Source of the DNA: Myxococcota bacterium
GTDB taxonomy: Bacteria; Myxococcota_A; Polyangia; Polyangiales; Houyiibacteriaceae
Assembly (NCBI GenBank): GCA_039030515.1
Contig: JBCCEA010000045.1
Span: 1-29,459 of the forward strand
Length of the DNA stretch: 29,459 nucleotides
Direction of reading: 5' to 3'
The notes below the pieces were generated by a model that searched no databases, was not told the DNA's origin, and saw nothing but the letters and a program-made list of their open reading frames with translations. Position numbers and translations under genes: made by a program. This document shows, piece after piece, positions 18,787-28,160 of this stretch; position 1 is the first letter of the stretch, and each line of letters opens with the position of its first letter.

Positions 18787-19760
18787 TTGGTACCCGCGGG
18801 ACCCGCAGCTGTCTCGGGTTCCGGACTGACATAGCGCCAACCCTCTCGGAACATCTCCAGCCGATGTTGGACACCCTCCCGATCTAGTTGCTGGTCTTCG
18901 TAGGCACAGTCCGGTTCGTAGAGTGAAATGATGCCGTTCGAGACGGTGACGGGCTTGGGCACGAAGACTTGGGGACGGCGCCTGGCGACGTATTCCCGAA
19001 GCGCATCCGAGTTCATACCTGAGAGCCTCCATCGAGAGAGCTGAACGAGCGTCACGTACGTCGGCGGCGGAAGTCGGATGGCGTCCTTGTCGTGTGACTC
19101 GATGGCTTGAGTGGGGGTCATCCAACGATGTTCTTCGATTTCATTTCCGTCGACTTGAACCTCTTGGGCGTCGGTTACGGAGAGGAATATCCAGGTTGCA
19201 AAGCGACGCGGTTGTCCCCGAGGGGTTGTCCAGTGGGAGACAGGCAGCAGTTCGTTCGGCGACAGCCTCAAAGCTGCCTCCTCACGTGCCTCTCGTACGG
19301 CCGCCAGTCGAGCGGTCATGATCTCGCTCTGCCGAATATCCTCGGACTCCACGCTCCCTCCGGGAAAAACCCATGTTCCGCCTAGAAACTCCAGCCCAGC
19401 TGCCCGACGCAGCAGCAAGGCCCTACCGTCTCTTCTCAGGACGACCACTGTGCCCGAAGGGCGTGGTGCCTCAGGAGGAATTTCCCGGTTGGCTTGTTCC
19501 AAAATAGCCTCGATCTGGCTTTGGGATGCTTCTCCTCGTTCGAGCAGTGTCTCAAGGTCCGCCATGAGCTCGCCAAATGCACTGAGTCCGTGGGATCCCG
19601 CCGTGCCTCTTAACCTATGGGCCTGACGCTTCAGGCACTCCCGGTCGCCGCTACTGCCCGTTCGGGCCAGTCCTTCCAGTTCAAGCACTCTTGAAGGCAG
19701 TTGCCGCAGATAGCGCTGACGCAGGGCCTCCAGCTTTTGCTTGATGGACTCGGATCCCAT
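18774..19760 (-). CDS. Hpt domain-NUDIX hydrolase fusion (NUDT19-like)
   Basis: Residues ~1-95 are helical with AHRLRGTAGSHG (Hpt His48). The C-terminal part has WVFPGGSVE...AAVREAREE, HWTTP...RRFATWIF and LPPPT, typical of NUDT19-like bacterial NUDIX enzymes. Confidence 0.88.
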   Translation of the reverse strand: MGSESIKQKLEALRQRYLRQLPSRVLELEGLARTGSSGDRECLKRQAHRLRGTAGSHGLSAFGELMADLETLLERGEASQSQIEAILEQANREIPPEAPRPSGTVVVLRRDGRALLLRRAAGLEFLGGTWVFPGGSVESEDIRQSEIMTARLAAVREAREEAALRLSPNELLPVSHWTTPRGQPRRFATWIFLSVTDAQEVQVDGNEIEEHRWMTPTQAIESHDKDAIRLPPPTYVTLVQLSRWRLSGMNSDALREYVARRRPQVFVPKPVTVSNGIISLYEPDCAYEDQQLDREGVQHRLEMFREGWRYVSPEPETAAGPAGTKAHP

Positions 19761-19951
19761 GTCTGCAGGATGACATCTCTCTGCGTTGGCGCATGCGTTG
19801 CGCTTGCCCTCAAAGAAGATCTAGCGCATGCCCTGCTACTGAGGTCAGTCAAGCAGGAGCCGAGTTCCGCGCGGATAAACTCACCGGAATCCATGGCCCA
19901 CGACCGGAAAATCAAAAGATGTACGAGGCGGATCATGTACGAGGTAAGGCG

Positions 19952-21232
19952 ATGACCCGAGAAGCAAACGACGGTGCTTTGAGGAAGCTGCCGAAAAGCG
20001 GACGTTCGATGCTGCTCGGCAAACCCATGGTGTATCTCGACAATCACGCCACAACTGCAGTAGACCCTCGCGTCCTAGACTGCATGCTCCCCTACTTCAC
20101 CGATCACTTCGGGAACGCATCGAGCAGCACGCATCGATTCGGTTGGAAGGCGGCGGACGGGGTCGATCTCGCGCGGGAACAGGTGGCCACGTTGATAGGC
20201 TGCCGAAGTCCATCAAAGGAGATCCTATTCACCAGCGGAGCGACGGAGAGCAACAACCTCGCCATAAAAGGAGTCGCTCGAGCGCTCAAGGAGCGGGGCG
20301 ATCACCTAGTGACGGTCGCGACAGAGCATAAGGCAGTGCTGGACAGCTGCCTCAGTCTTCGATCGGAGGGATTCCGGGTGACCGTTTTGCCCGTAGACTC
20401 GGAAGGTCGCGTCGACCCACAAGCGGTTGCCGAAGCGATCGAAGATCGGACCGTGCTCGTTTCGGTCATGCTCTGCAACAACGAGGTCGGTACCGTTCAG
20501 CCCATTGCGGAGATCGGTAGGATCACCCGGAGTTGCGGGGTTCTTTTTCACGTGGATGCAGTGCAGGGCGTCGGTCGAGTTCCCTTTGATGTCGATGCGA
20601 TGAATGTCGACCTCGTAAGTCTGACCGCACATAAAATTTACGGCCCTAAGGGAATCGGGGCGCTTTACGTGCGTCGTTATCCGAAGCGAACTGCCCTCGC
20701 TTCATTTCTTGACGGCGGTTCTCAGGAGCAGCGCGTGCGCCCGGGAACACTTAACGTGCCCGGAATCGTGGGACTGGGAAGCGCTTGTGAGTTGATGCGC
20801 AAAGACGGGGTCCATGATGCGTATCGAGTCCGGGTGTTGCGCGACAAGTTTTTTCACCGACTGTCCACGGCGCTCGACGGTGTGCATCGAAATGGACCGA
20901 CAACGAACAATCACCCCGGCAATCTGAATCTATCTTTCGATGCGATCGATGCCCAATCGTTACTCCTTGCGGTTCAGCCCACGGTGGCGATATCGACAGG
21001 CTCCGCCTGCTCAAGCGCTGACGCCAAACCAAGCCATGTGCTCACTGCGATGGGGCTATCTTCCGAACGTTGTCGCGGCTCCATTCGCTTTGGACTGGGT
21101 CGTTTCAACACCGAGTCTCAGATGGATAGGGTAGCAAACTGCATTATCCGTGAAGTGCAGCGTCTTCGGGATACGTCGTATGAGTCTCAGCTGAGGTCGG
21201 TGAATGTCGACCCCGCTACCCTAGATTGGTGA
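19952..21232 (+). CDS. iscS: Cysteine desulfurase IscS/NifS (group I)
   Basis: VYLDNHATT, FTSGATESNN, TAHKIYGPKG and catalytic STGSACSS. Start placed at ATG 19952 after GAGG; slightly later ATGs are possible. Confidence 0.93.
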   Translation: MTREANDGALRKLPKSGRSMLLGKPMVYLDNHATTAVDPRVLDCMLPYFTDHFGNASSSTHRFGWKAADGVDLAREQVATLIGCRSPSKEILFTSGATESNNLAIKGVARALKERGDHLVTVATEHKAVLDSCLSLRSEGFRVTVLPVDSEGRVDPQAVAEAIEDRTVLVSVMLCNNEVGTVQPIAEIGRITRSCGVLFHVDAVQGVGRVPFDVDAMNVDLVSLTAHKIYGPKGIGALYVRRYPKRTALASFLDGGSQEQRVRPGTLNVPGIVGLGSACELMRKDGVHDAYRVRVLRDKFFHRLSTALDGVHRNGPTTNNHPGNLNLSFDAIDAQSLLLAVQPTVAISTGSACSSADAKPSHVLTAMGLSSERCRGSIRFGLGRFNTESQMDRVANCIIREVQRLRDTSYESQLRSVNVDPATLDW

Positions 21233-21410
21233 CGCATCGAGGCCTCTCGACAGTCCGTAGTCGGTTCCTCCTCTAACTCCTAACTATACGAATAAAATCA
21301 AGCTTCCGGTAGGCTGGGGTTTCAGAGGCATATATCCGCGGGGAGTTGGTGCTCCTTGTTCTGGCTAAATCCGCCGCGTTTTCGCATCATTGTCGGATAT
21401 CCGGCAGTCT

Positions 21411-23867
21411 ATGAAGGACGACAACAACAACCCTAGTTTGAGCTCTGACTCGCGCGAGGACGCCGATGCGGATCTGTTCGGGGTGACCCCGCTTCCGCCT
21501 CCGGGTTCCGAAATCCCTCGATTGACCGAGATTCCCCTGACGCGAGCGGAACTTCGCCAGCGTCGCATACGCAGAATCGTCTTTTTGTTCCTCGGCGTCT
21601 CCTCTGTTGCGTTGCTGGTCTTCTTTGGTATCCGAGCGATCCATGACTACTCCGTCGAGCAATCAACGCTGCGGGCCGGAGATACCGGTCATAAATCCGA
21701 CTGCCTTGATGCCCTTGAGCTCTTGGCGGGCGATGACTCGGATGAGGCTGTCGCCATGCGCGCAAGAATTGCAACGATTCTGGCGATCGAAGGGTATGAG
21801 AAATACGCCGAAAAAGCCGCTCAGTGGCTTGACGAGATTCATCCTGAGCGGGCAGCCCACGAAATGCATATCGCCGAGGTCTATCGTGCGCTCGATGAAG
21901 GGCGCGTCCAGGACGCGGCAGAGCATGCCTCGCGACTTCGAGCGGCGGGTACCTACACTGCCGAGATCGCTTATGCCCGTGCCGTTGCCGCGTTTTCTTT
22001 GGGCAACACCGAGCTGGCCTTGGCGTCCGCCCGACTTGCCCACGAAAATCGCCCGTCGGCTCCTCGATATGCTGCCTTCTACGCGCTGCTTTTGGCCATG
22101 CAGGGCTCGATCGACCAGGGTCTTGCGTTGCTCGCAGGGGCTAGCCCCGCTACGGCAGTGCATCTAGCCCGAGCCCGTATTCGCCTCGACGCGCGCAGCG
22201 AATTGAACCGGGTCTCCACAGAGCTTCGATCGGTTGCGCTTGCCGATCCCAGTCCTGCGCAGCAGCGCTGGGCGTTGCTGCTTGAGGCACGTCTTTTGGC
22301 GGAGCGGGGTCAGGTGGCAAAAGCACGTGCAAAGGCGCTGACGCTGGTCAAAGAGCAGCCTAACGACAAGTCGCCTACCGAACGCTCGGGGCAGGACCGA
22401 GAAGCTTTTGGGATCATGCTTGCCGAAACGCTAATGAGGAGCCGGGCACCCTCGCAGGCTTCAGAGGTGATGGCCGAACTGCAAATTGAGATCTCGACCG
22501 ATCCGACACGCGAAGCTCAAATCCGAGCGATGATCTTTTCCGCTCAGGGACGTTTTTCAGAAGCTCGTGAGGTGCTCGAGGCGGCTGCCGACAATGCACG
22601 AACCCGACTTGTTCGCGCAGACCTCGCCCACAGCACCGGTCAGCTTGAAGCCGCGGCGGAGCTCTACCGTGCTGCTCAGGGGACCGATTCAACCGCGCTT
22701 TACGCGAGCGTCGGTCTAGGGCTTCTGGAGCTTCAGCGAGGCGATCCCCAAGCAGCCATCGCCCAACTGAGCCGGGCCCTCGAGATCGATCCTTGCCATC
22801 CCGTGGTGGTCGAAGCTCTGGTTCGCGCGCATTTTGAACGTGATGAACTGGATGCAGCAGAAGAACTCGTTCGCACGTCTCTCGAGGCCTATCCCGAAAG
22901 TCAGCTCTTACTTGGAGCCCGCGCTCAAGTTCAAATCCGACGTGGACAGTGGATCGATGCACTCGCGTCGCTGCAGCAGGCGTTGCAAATCGATGCGGCC
23001 GATGCGGGGTTACAGGCGACCCGAGGCGACGTGGCTTGGCAGTTGGGCAAATATGATGATGCCCGACAGGCCTACCTCGCTTCACTCGAGGTCGACGCTC
23101 GACAGTCCGATGCGCTGCTCGGTTTACTCGAGCTGCAGCTCCACCTAGAAGAGGTCGATCAAGCCAAGGAAACTCTCGAACGGCTGCGTGCTGCCGGGAT
23201 CCGTACCGTTCGCTCCGAGATACTTCGAGCGAGAACCCTGGTCTTGGATCTGCAAGGACATCGTGGAGCGCTCGCTATTCGAAGCTCTTTTCGGCTGGCA
23301 AGAAAGCCAGAACTTTGGTTTTGGCTGGGTCATCTCAAGATGCAGTCCGAAGAGTATTTAGATGCCTCACAGGCATTTGAACGAGCGAAATCAAATCAAA
23401 CCTTGGCGCTCGAGGCCCGTCTGCGCTCGGTCATCGCTCAGGCTCTCGGCCGCCTTGCGGGGCCTGCGGAGCGAAAGATGGAAGCGATTGTCGATGACTT
23501 GGAAGTGAACGCACTGGATGTCGGGGTAAAGGCACTTTTGCTAGCCGCCCGCGCTCGGGTTCAGTTAGCGAATCGCAATCGAGCGAGGGCGGTGATTCTA
23601 GCGCGACAGGCGATCGCCTTAGACCCACGATGTGCCGAGGCCCATTGGGTTTTGGCGGACTATATGGTGGCGGTCGACCGCGATCCGCGACCGGCGCTCG
23701 AGTCGTCACTCGAAGGCTATTATCCTCCCATCGTGGCCTACGCTCGACTGGGACTTGAAGGAGAGCCTACTCCGCAACGTTGCGCTATGGTGCAGACCTA
23801 TCGGCGGGCAGCACCAAAGGGGCAACTGGCCTCTCGCGCCTTCGATCGTTTTCGGGCTTGTCGCTAA
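21411..23867 (+). CDS. Large membrane-anchored tetratricopeptide-repeat protein
   Basis: Acidic/Pro-rich N-terminus, RRIRR followed by one TM helix, then many TPR-like helices (e.g. LGLLELQRGDPQAAIAQLSRALEIDP). Confidence 0.88.
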   Translation: MKDDNNNPSLSSDSREDADADLFGVTPLPPPGSEIPRLTEIPLTRAELRQRRIRRIVFLFLGVSSVALLVFFGIRAIHDYSVEQSTLRAGDTGHKSDCLDALELLAGDDSDEAVAMRARIATILAIEGYEKYAEKAAQWLDEIHPERAAHEMHIAEVYRALDEGRVQDAAEHASRLRAAGTYTAEIAYARAVAAFSLGNTELALASARLAHENRPSAPRYAAFYALLLAMQGSIDQGLALLAGASPATAVHLARARIRLDARSELNRVSTELRSVALADPSPAQQRWALLLEARLLAERGQVAKARAKALTLVKEQPNDKSPTERSGQDREAFGIMLAETLMRSRAPSQASEVMAELQIEISTDPTREAQIRAMIFSAQGRFSEAREVLEAAADNARTRLVRADLAHSTGQLEAAAELYRAAQGTDSTALYASVGLGLLELQRGDPQAAIAQLSRALEIDPCHPVVVEALVRAHFERDELDAAEELVRTSLEAYPESQLLLGARAQVQIRRGQWIDALASLQQALQIDAADAGLQATRGDVAWQLGKYDDARQAYLASLEVDARQSDALLGLLELQLHLEEVDQAKETLERLRAAGIRTVRSEILRARTLVLDLQGHRGALAIRSSFRLARKPELWFWLGHLKMQSEEYLDASQAFERAKSNQTLALEARLRSVIAQALGRLAGPAERKMEAIVDDLEVNALDVGVKALLLAARARVQLANRNRARAVILARQAIALDPRCAEAHWVLADYMVAVDRDPRPALESSLEGYYPPIVAYARLGLEGEPTPQRCAMVQTYRRAAPKGQLASRAFDRFRACR

Positions 23868-23988
23868 GCGTTCTACCGCGGCTCCCTAGCTCTTTCGCTG
23901 GCCGCTAGGTGCTGTTGTTTGCTCGATACGATTTTGGGGACCCGCCCGAAAATTGACGTAGCTGGTTTAACCTCTGCTACTTAGCCCT

Positions 23989-25518
23989 ATGCGTTCGCGC
24001 GTCCTGCACATTGCAGTCTTTGCTATCGTTTTATGCGGCACTTTTTCGGCTCTGGTGGTTGCGTTTTATGCGCAGCAGTCGCGCTCCAAGGTGGAAGAGG
24101 CGAAAGCGCTGCTCAACCCACCGTTTCAAGAGGCTCCCAGGATTACAGACATCGCAGTGTCTGAGGCCCTCGCTCTACTCGATCGACCCGTCACGCCAAC
24201 AACCCGCTCCGAAGTCGAGGAGGATGCGTTCTCTACCGCGTTGAACTCTAGTCTATGGAATACGGGTTTCTTGAATCGACTGCACTCCATCGGTACCGAG
24301 CCCACCGCGGATAGAGGCGCAGAGACATGGACTGGCTGGTTGCACTACGCAAAAGCCATACAGGCGTTAGTTCAAGAGGATCTTAGCTCGGCGCAACGGG
24401 AACTTGAGCGCGCGCGCAAGGTTTTGACGACTGAGGATGTCTTGCTTCTTGAATTTGAGTTGGTCCGCCGGCGCGGGGATCGTCTGCTCGCTGCAGAAAA
24501 CGTGGCACGTCATCTGGCTTGGGATTCAGAGCAGTCCAATCATCCGCTCGACGCTGTGGACCCTAAGCGTGCTTCAGGCGTCAACCGCCCTGGGGATCCT
24601 GGCCAGTATTCTAGCTCCAAAAAACCAACCTCCTCTCGCCTACAATTTGCACTAGCCGAGCACTACTTGGACGGCGGAGCCGCCGAAAAAGCGCGGTCCC
24701 TGCTTCGTTCGTTGCTTCGCGATTATCCGGATGTTTCTTTGCTCCACCAATCGATGGGACTCGCCCTCGAACAGGAACATCGAGAGGCGGAGGCCGAGAT
24801 CGCCTTGCGACAAGCGCTTGAACGCGATTCAAGACTTGTTTCCGCCTGGATTCACCTCGGACGAGTCCAGCACAGCCGCGGTCACTATCCATCTGCACAA
24901 GCCAGTTTCAGCCGTGCTCTCGAGTATGATGAGAATGCGGTGGATGCCTGGCTCGGTCGTGGCTCGGCCTTCTTTCATATCGGAGCCTACGAAAAGGCCG
25001 AGCTGGACTTTCGTAAAGCTTCCGAGCTCGCTCGATTCGATGCCGACCCATGGATTGGCCGCGCGGATGTCAAGCGGGCGCAGGGTCATCTGCGGGCGGC
25101 GGTCAAACTTTATCAAAACGCCTTAGAGCACGAACGAAGTGAACCCACCGCTTGGGTCCGGCTGGGCAACGTTCAAGTGGAGCTTGGGGAGCTTGAACCA
25201 GCGATCTCGGCGTTCGAATCCGCACTGCGTATCCAGCCTGAGCTGGGCGCAGCGCACAATGGTCTCGGCGCGGCGAGAATGCGTTTGGGGCAGTATGTGC
25301 TTGCCGAGCCGAGTTTCAGACGGGCGGCAGTGTGTGACTCCGAGGATCCCAACCCGTGGCTCAACCTGGCTTTGCTGCAGCAGACACTCGGCCGATTCGA
25401 AGAAGCGTGCGTCAGCTACGGGTCCGCAGTGCAGAGGTTGGGAGATAGCCCCGTGGATTCCCGATTCGAAGACGTGTTTGGGTTTGTCGCGCGCTGTTCG
25501 AGCGCGCCACGAGGCTGA
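23989..25518 (+). CDS. Signal/TM-anchored tetratricopeptide-repeat protein
   Basis: N-terminal hydrophobic segment and C-terminal tandem canonical TPRs (e.g. AWVRLGNVQVELGELEPAISAFESALRIQP). Confidence 0.9.
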   Translation: MRSRVLHIAVFAIVLCGTFSALVVAFYAQQSRSKVEEAKALLNPPFQEAPRITDIAVSEALALLDRPVTPTTRSEVEEDAFSTALNSSLWNTGFLNRLHSIGTEPTADRGAETWTGWLHYAKAIQALVQEDLSSAQRELERARKVLTTEDVLLLEFELVRRRGDRLLAAENVARHLAWDSEQSNHPLDAVDPKRASGVNRPGDPGQYSSSKKPTSSRLQFALAEHYLDGGAAEKARSLLRSLLRDYPDVSLLHQSMGLALEQEHREAEAEIALRQALERDSRLVSAWIHLGRVQHSRGHYPSAQASFSRALEYDENAVDAWLGRGSAFFHIGAYEKAELDFRKASELARFDADPWIGRADVKRAQGHLRAAVKLYQNALEHERSEPTAWVRLGNVQVELGELEPAISAFESALRIQPELGAAHNGLGAARMRLGQYVLAEPSFRRAAVCDSEDPNPWLNLALLQQTLGRFEEACVSYGSAVQRLGDSPVDSRFEDVFGFVARCSSAPRG

Positions 25519-25553
25519 GTTGCCGCGCCGTCCGCGCCTGCTACCACGCCGCC

Positions 25554-26594
25554 ATGCCGCCCATACCCGTACCTTGCGACCGTTCTCGCCGAGCAGCGAA
25601 AGCACACCAAGCGTCTTTAACCAAGCCAAAAGGAAGTCTCGGTCGATTGGAGTCGGTGGTTGAGGACCTTGCGGCAGTTCAAGGGACGAGGTTTCCCGAG
25701 GTTCGTCCGGCAGAGGCTCTGATCTTTGCAGCAGATCACCCCGTATGCGCTCACGGCGTGGCTCCCTTTCCCTCAGAGGTGACGGCGGCCATGGTACGCA
25801 ACTTTGCTTCAGGCGGCGCTGCGGCAAGCGTGTTGTGCCGGCAGCTAGGTGTTCCACTGCACGTGATCGATGTGGGCGTTCAAGCTCCTGTCGAGTCCGG
25901 CGGGGATGCAGCTTGCATCGTGCGGGTACCGAACATCCAGGCGGGAGATCTGAGTCTCGGGCAAGCGCTACCTGGAGATGCCCTGCCTCAGTCGCTCAGT
26001 GCGGGGCGCGACGCGGTCGACCGTTGTGGAGACGACACCCGGCTGTTGATCCTCGGTGAAATGGGCATCGGTAACTCCACTGTGGCTGCAGCGCTTTCGT
26101 CGGCTTTGATGGGTTTCGACCCTGACCTGATGGTCGGTCCGGGGACGGGCGCGTCAGGAGCGATGCTCGACCGTAAGAAATCCGTGGTGCGGGCGGCAGT
26201 CCAAGGCACCAAAGGCTGCGATACCACCGAGATTCTACGCGCGGTCGGTGGTCGCGAGGTCGCAGCGCTCGTGGGAGCTGCTCAGCGTGCGGCCGAACGT
26301 TCGATCGCGGTACTGGTCGACGGCTTTATCGTATCGGCAGCCATGCTCGCGGCGGTACAGCTCGATCCAAAAGTGCGTCCTTATCTGTTTTTCGCCCATC
26401 GTTCTCGAGAGCCAGGTCACGGTCCTGTTCTAAAGGCGCTTTCCGCTGAACCACTGATGGATATGGGGTTGGCCCTAGGGGAGGGTAGTGGTGCGCTCAC
26501 CGCTTTTCCCTTGCTCGAAATGGCCTGCCGTCTGCACCGTGATATGGCCACCTTTGAGTCAGCCTCGGTGCCCACGGCTGGAGGGCCGGCTTAG
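25554..26594 (+). CDS. cobT: Nicotinate-nucleotide--dimethylbenzimidazole phosphoribosyltransferase
   Basis: TKPKGSLGRLE, FAADH, GEMGIGNST, VDGFI and LGEGSGA motifs. Confidence 0.97.
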   Translation: MPPIPVPCDRSRRAAKAHQASLTKPKGSLGRLESVVEDLAAVQGTRFPEVRPAEALIFAADHPVCAHGVAPFPSEVTAAMVRNFASGGAAASVLCRQLGVPLHVIDVGVQAPVESGGDAACIVRVPNIQAGDLSLGQALPGDALPQSLSAGRDAVDRCGDDTRLLILGEMGIGNSTVAAALSSALMGFDPDLMVGPGTGASGAMLDRKKSVVRAAVQGTKGCDTTEILRAVGGREVAALVGAAQRAAERSIAVLVDGFIVSAAMLAAVQLDPKVRPYLFFAHRSREPGHGPVLKALSAEPLMDMGLALGEGSGALTAFPLLEMACRLHRDMATFESASVPTAGGPA

Positions 26595-26637
26595 GATAGC
26601 GGTGCGTGCTCGGCCACTAAGTAGAATATGGGCGGCG

Positions 26638-27393
26638 ATGCGCGTTCAGCGGAGAAGTTTGGCGGCTTCTTTCCTGACGCTTTCTCGGGTTCCGCTCGGA
26701 GGGTTTCCCTACCAACCAGAAGAGTACCGCGCTGCCTCGAGGTACTTTCCCCTAGTCGGATCGGTTGTTGGAGGTGCAGGAGCCCTGGCCTTTCAGGTTT
26801 CGCTGCCTTTAGGTGAAGTCGGCGCCGCTCTGATCTCGGTGGCGGTCATGACGCTTTGTACAGGGGGGCTTCATGAAGACGGGCTTGCAGATACAGCCGA
26901 TGCGCTCTTTGGGTCGTTCGATAGAGACAAGCTTTTTTCTATTCTGAAGGACAGCCGACTCGGAAGCTTCGGGGTGCTCACGCTGGTTCTCGTACTCGGT
27001 TTTCGAGTGACGATGATCGCCTCTTTAGACGCTCGAGCGCCGACAGCGCTGCTCCTGTCGGCGACTTTGACTCGGGTTGCTCCGGTATGGCTGATGTCTT
27101 TTTTGCCGTACGTGACTCCCCGAACGAACGCCAAAAGCTCGGTGGTAGCCGCAGCTGGCCCTCTAGAAAACGCGATTGCAACCGGTCTCGGGGTGCTTGT
27201 GCTCGGGGCAGGCTGGCGTTGGGGTGGAATCTCCGTGCATGAATTGCTCTGTATTTGCCTCGGTCTACCTGGATTGAGCCTGTTTCTCGCTTGGCGCTTT
27301 CGCGTTCGCGCAGGAGGCTGGACCGGAGACTTTCTCGGTGCCACTCAGCAGTGTGCCGAATGCCTGGTCTTGGCGGCTTTGTCTTGGCCTTGA
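26638..27393 (+). CDS. cobS: Adenosylcobinamide-GDP ribazoletransferase (cobalamin synthase)
   Basis: Polytopic membrane protein with TGGLHEDGLADTADA, KDSRLGSFG and GGWTGDFLGA. Start moved to ATG 26638, downstream of the cobT stop. Confidence 0.96.
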   Translation: MRVQRRSLAASFLTLSRVPLGGFPYQPEEYRAASRYFPLVGSVVGGAGALAFQVSLPLGEVGAALISVAVMTLCTGGLHEDGLADTADALFGSFDRDKLFSILKDSRLGSFGVLTLVLVLGFRVTMIASLDARAPTALLLSATLTRVAPVWLMSFLPYVTPRTNAKSSVVAAAGPLENAIATGLGVLVLGAGWRWGGISVHELLCICLGLPGLSLFLAWRFRVRAGGWTGDFLGATQQCAECLVLAALSWP

Positions 27394-27530
27394 AGTTTGT
27401 CTTGGCCTTGAAGTTTGTCTTGGCCTTGAAGTTTGTCTTGGCCTTGAAGTTTGTCTTGGCCTTGAAGTTTGTCTTGGCCTTGAAGTTTGTCTTGGCCTTG
27501 AAGTTTGTCTTGGCCCTGAAGTTTGTCTTG
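27378..27530 (+). repeat. 18-bp tandem repeat (VNTR), 8.5 units, between cobS and cobC
   Basis: TTTGTCTTGGCCTTGAAG x7, one variant TTTGTCTTGGCCCTGAAG, then TTTGTCTTG. There are no spacers, and the first unit contains the cobS stop. Confidence 0.97.
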
Positions 27531-27552
27531 ATGCCACTAGGGACGTAAGGCG

Positions 27553-28107
27553 ATGTACATGCAAGGCTTGTTTTTCTTAACCGCAGTGCGACATCCGCCA
27601 GTCGTGGCCGAGGGTCTTTGTTTCGGGCAGTCTGATGTTCCCGTATCCGTCGCGCCGGAAGAGTGCGTAGATCGGGTACATCAAAGCTTATCCGGACGAG
27701 CCTGCGCTGTGATATGGACTTCGCCCCTCTCTCGATGTGCGCAGTTGGCGAACTGTCTATCGGCTAGAGTAGGGGCCCCGGTGTGCGTCGACGAACGGAT
27801 TCTCGAGATGTCTTTCGGGGTTTGGGAAGGCCAGGCGTGGGACGAACTCACGCATTCAGATGGCGTACGACTCTCGCAGTGGATGAATGATTGGGAGCGG
27901 CAAAGACCACCTCAAGGCGAGAGCACGGAAGATCTTGTCGAGCGGGTTCAAGACTGGTGGAACTCTCTCGACCGGAGCGCCCATCAACTCCTGGTGGCGC
28001 ATGCTGGAGTGGTTCGAGCACTTCGAGTGATTCAAGGCAGCTCCTGGAACGAAGCGATGGAGCAAAAGGTCCCTCACCTAAGCGCCGAAGAATTTCCTCT
28101 CCGTTGA
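27553..28107 (+). CDS. cobC: Alpha-ribazole phosphatase-like histidine phosphatase
   Basis: VRHP...GLCFGQSDVP, TSPLSRC, EMSFGVWEG and VAHAGVVR motifs, located after cobT-cobS. Confidence 0.88.
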   Translation: MYMQGLFFLTAVRHPPVVAEGLCFGQSDVPVSVAPEECVDRVHQSLSGRACAVIWTSPLSRCAQLANCLSARVGAPVCVDERILEMSFGVWEGQAWDELTHSDGVRLSQWMNDWERQRPPQGESTEDLVERVQDWWNSLDRSAHQLLVAHAGVVRALRVIQGSSWNEAMEQKVPHLSAEEFPLR

Positions 28108-28160
28108 TTCGAGTGGTCGAGGAGCTTGTGCCGCTCGTCGTCCTCAGCTGGTGTGACTCG

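Noticed and set aside
23868..23988. Cobalamin riboswitch or sigma-70 promoter upstream of TPR2-cobTSC
   Set aside because: The gap shows no B12-box-like sequence. TTGACG at 23953-23958 has no good -10 at 16-18 bp spacing, so neither is supportable.
27378..27530. CRISPR array
   Set aside because: The units are head-to-tail with no unique spacers, and there are no cas genes in the window.
27255..27580. Repeat peptides (FVLALK)n, (VCLGLE)n and (RPRQTS)n as real genes
   Set aside because: They are by-products of the 18-bp VNTR, begin inside cobS or antisense to it, and lack convincing translation starts.
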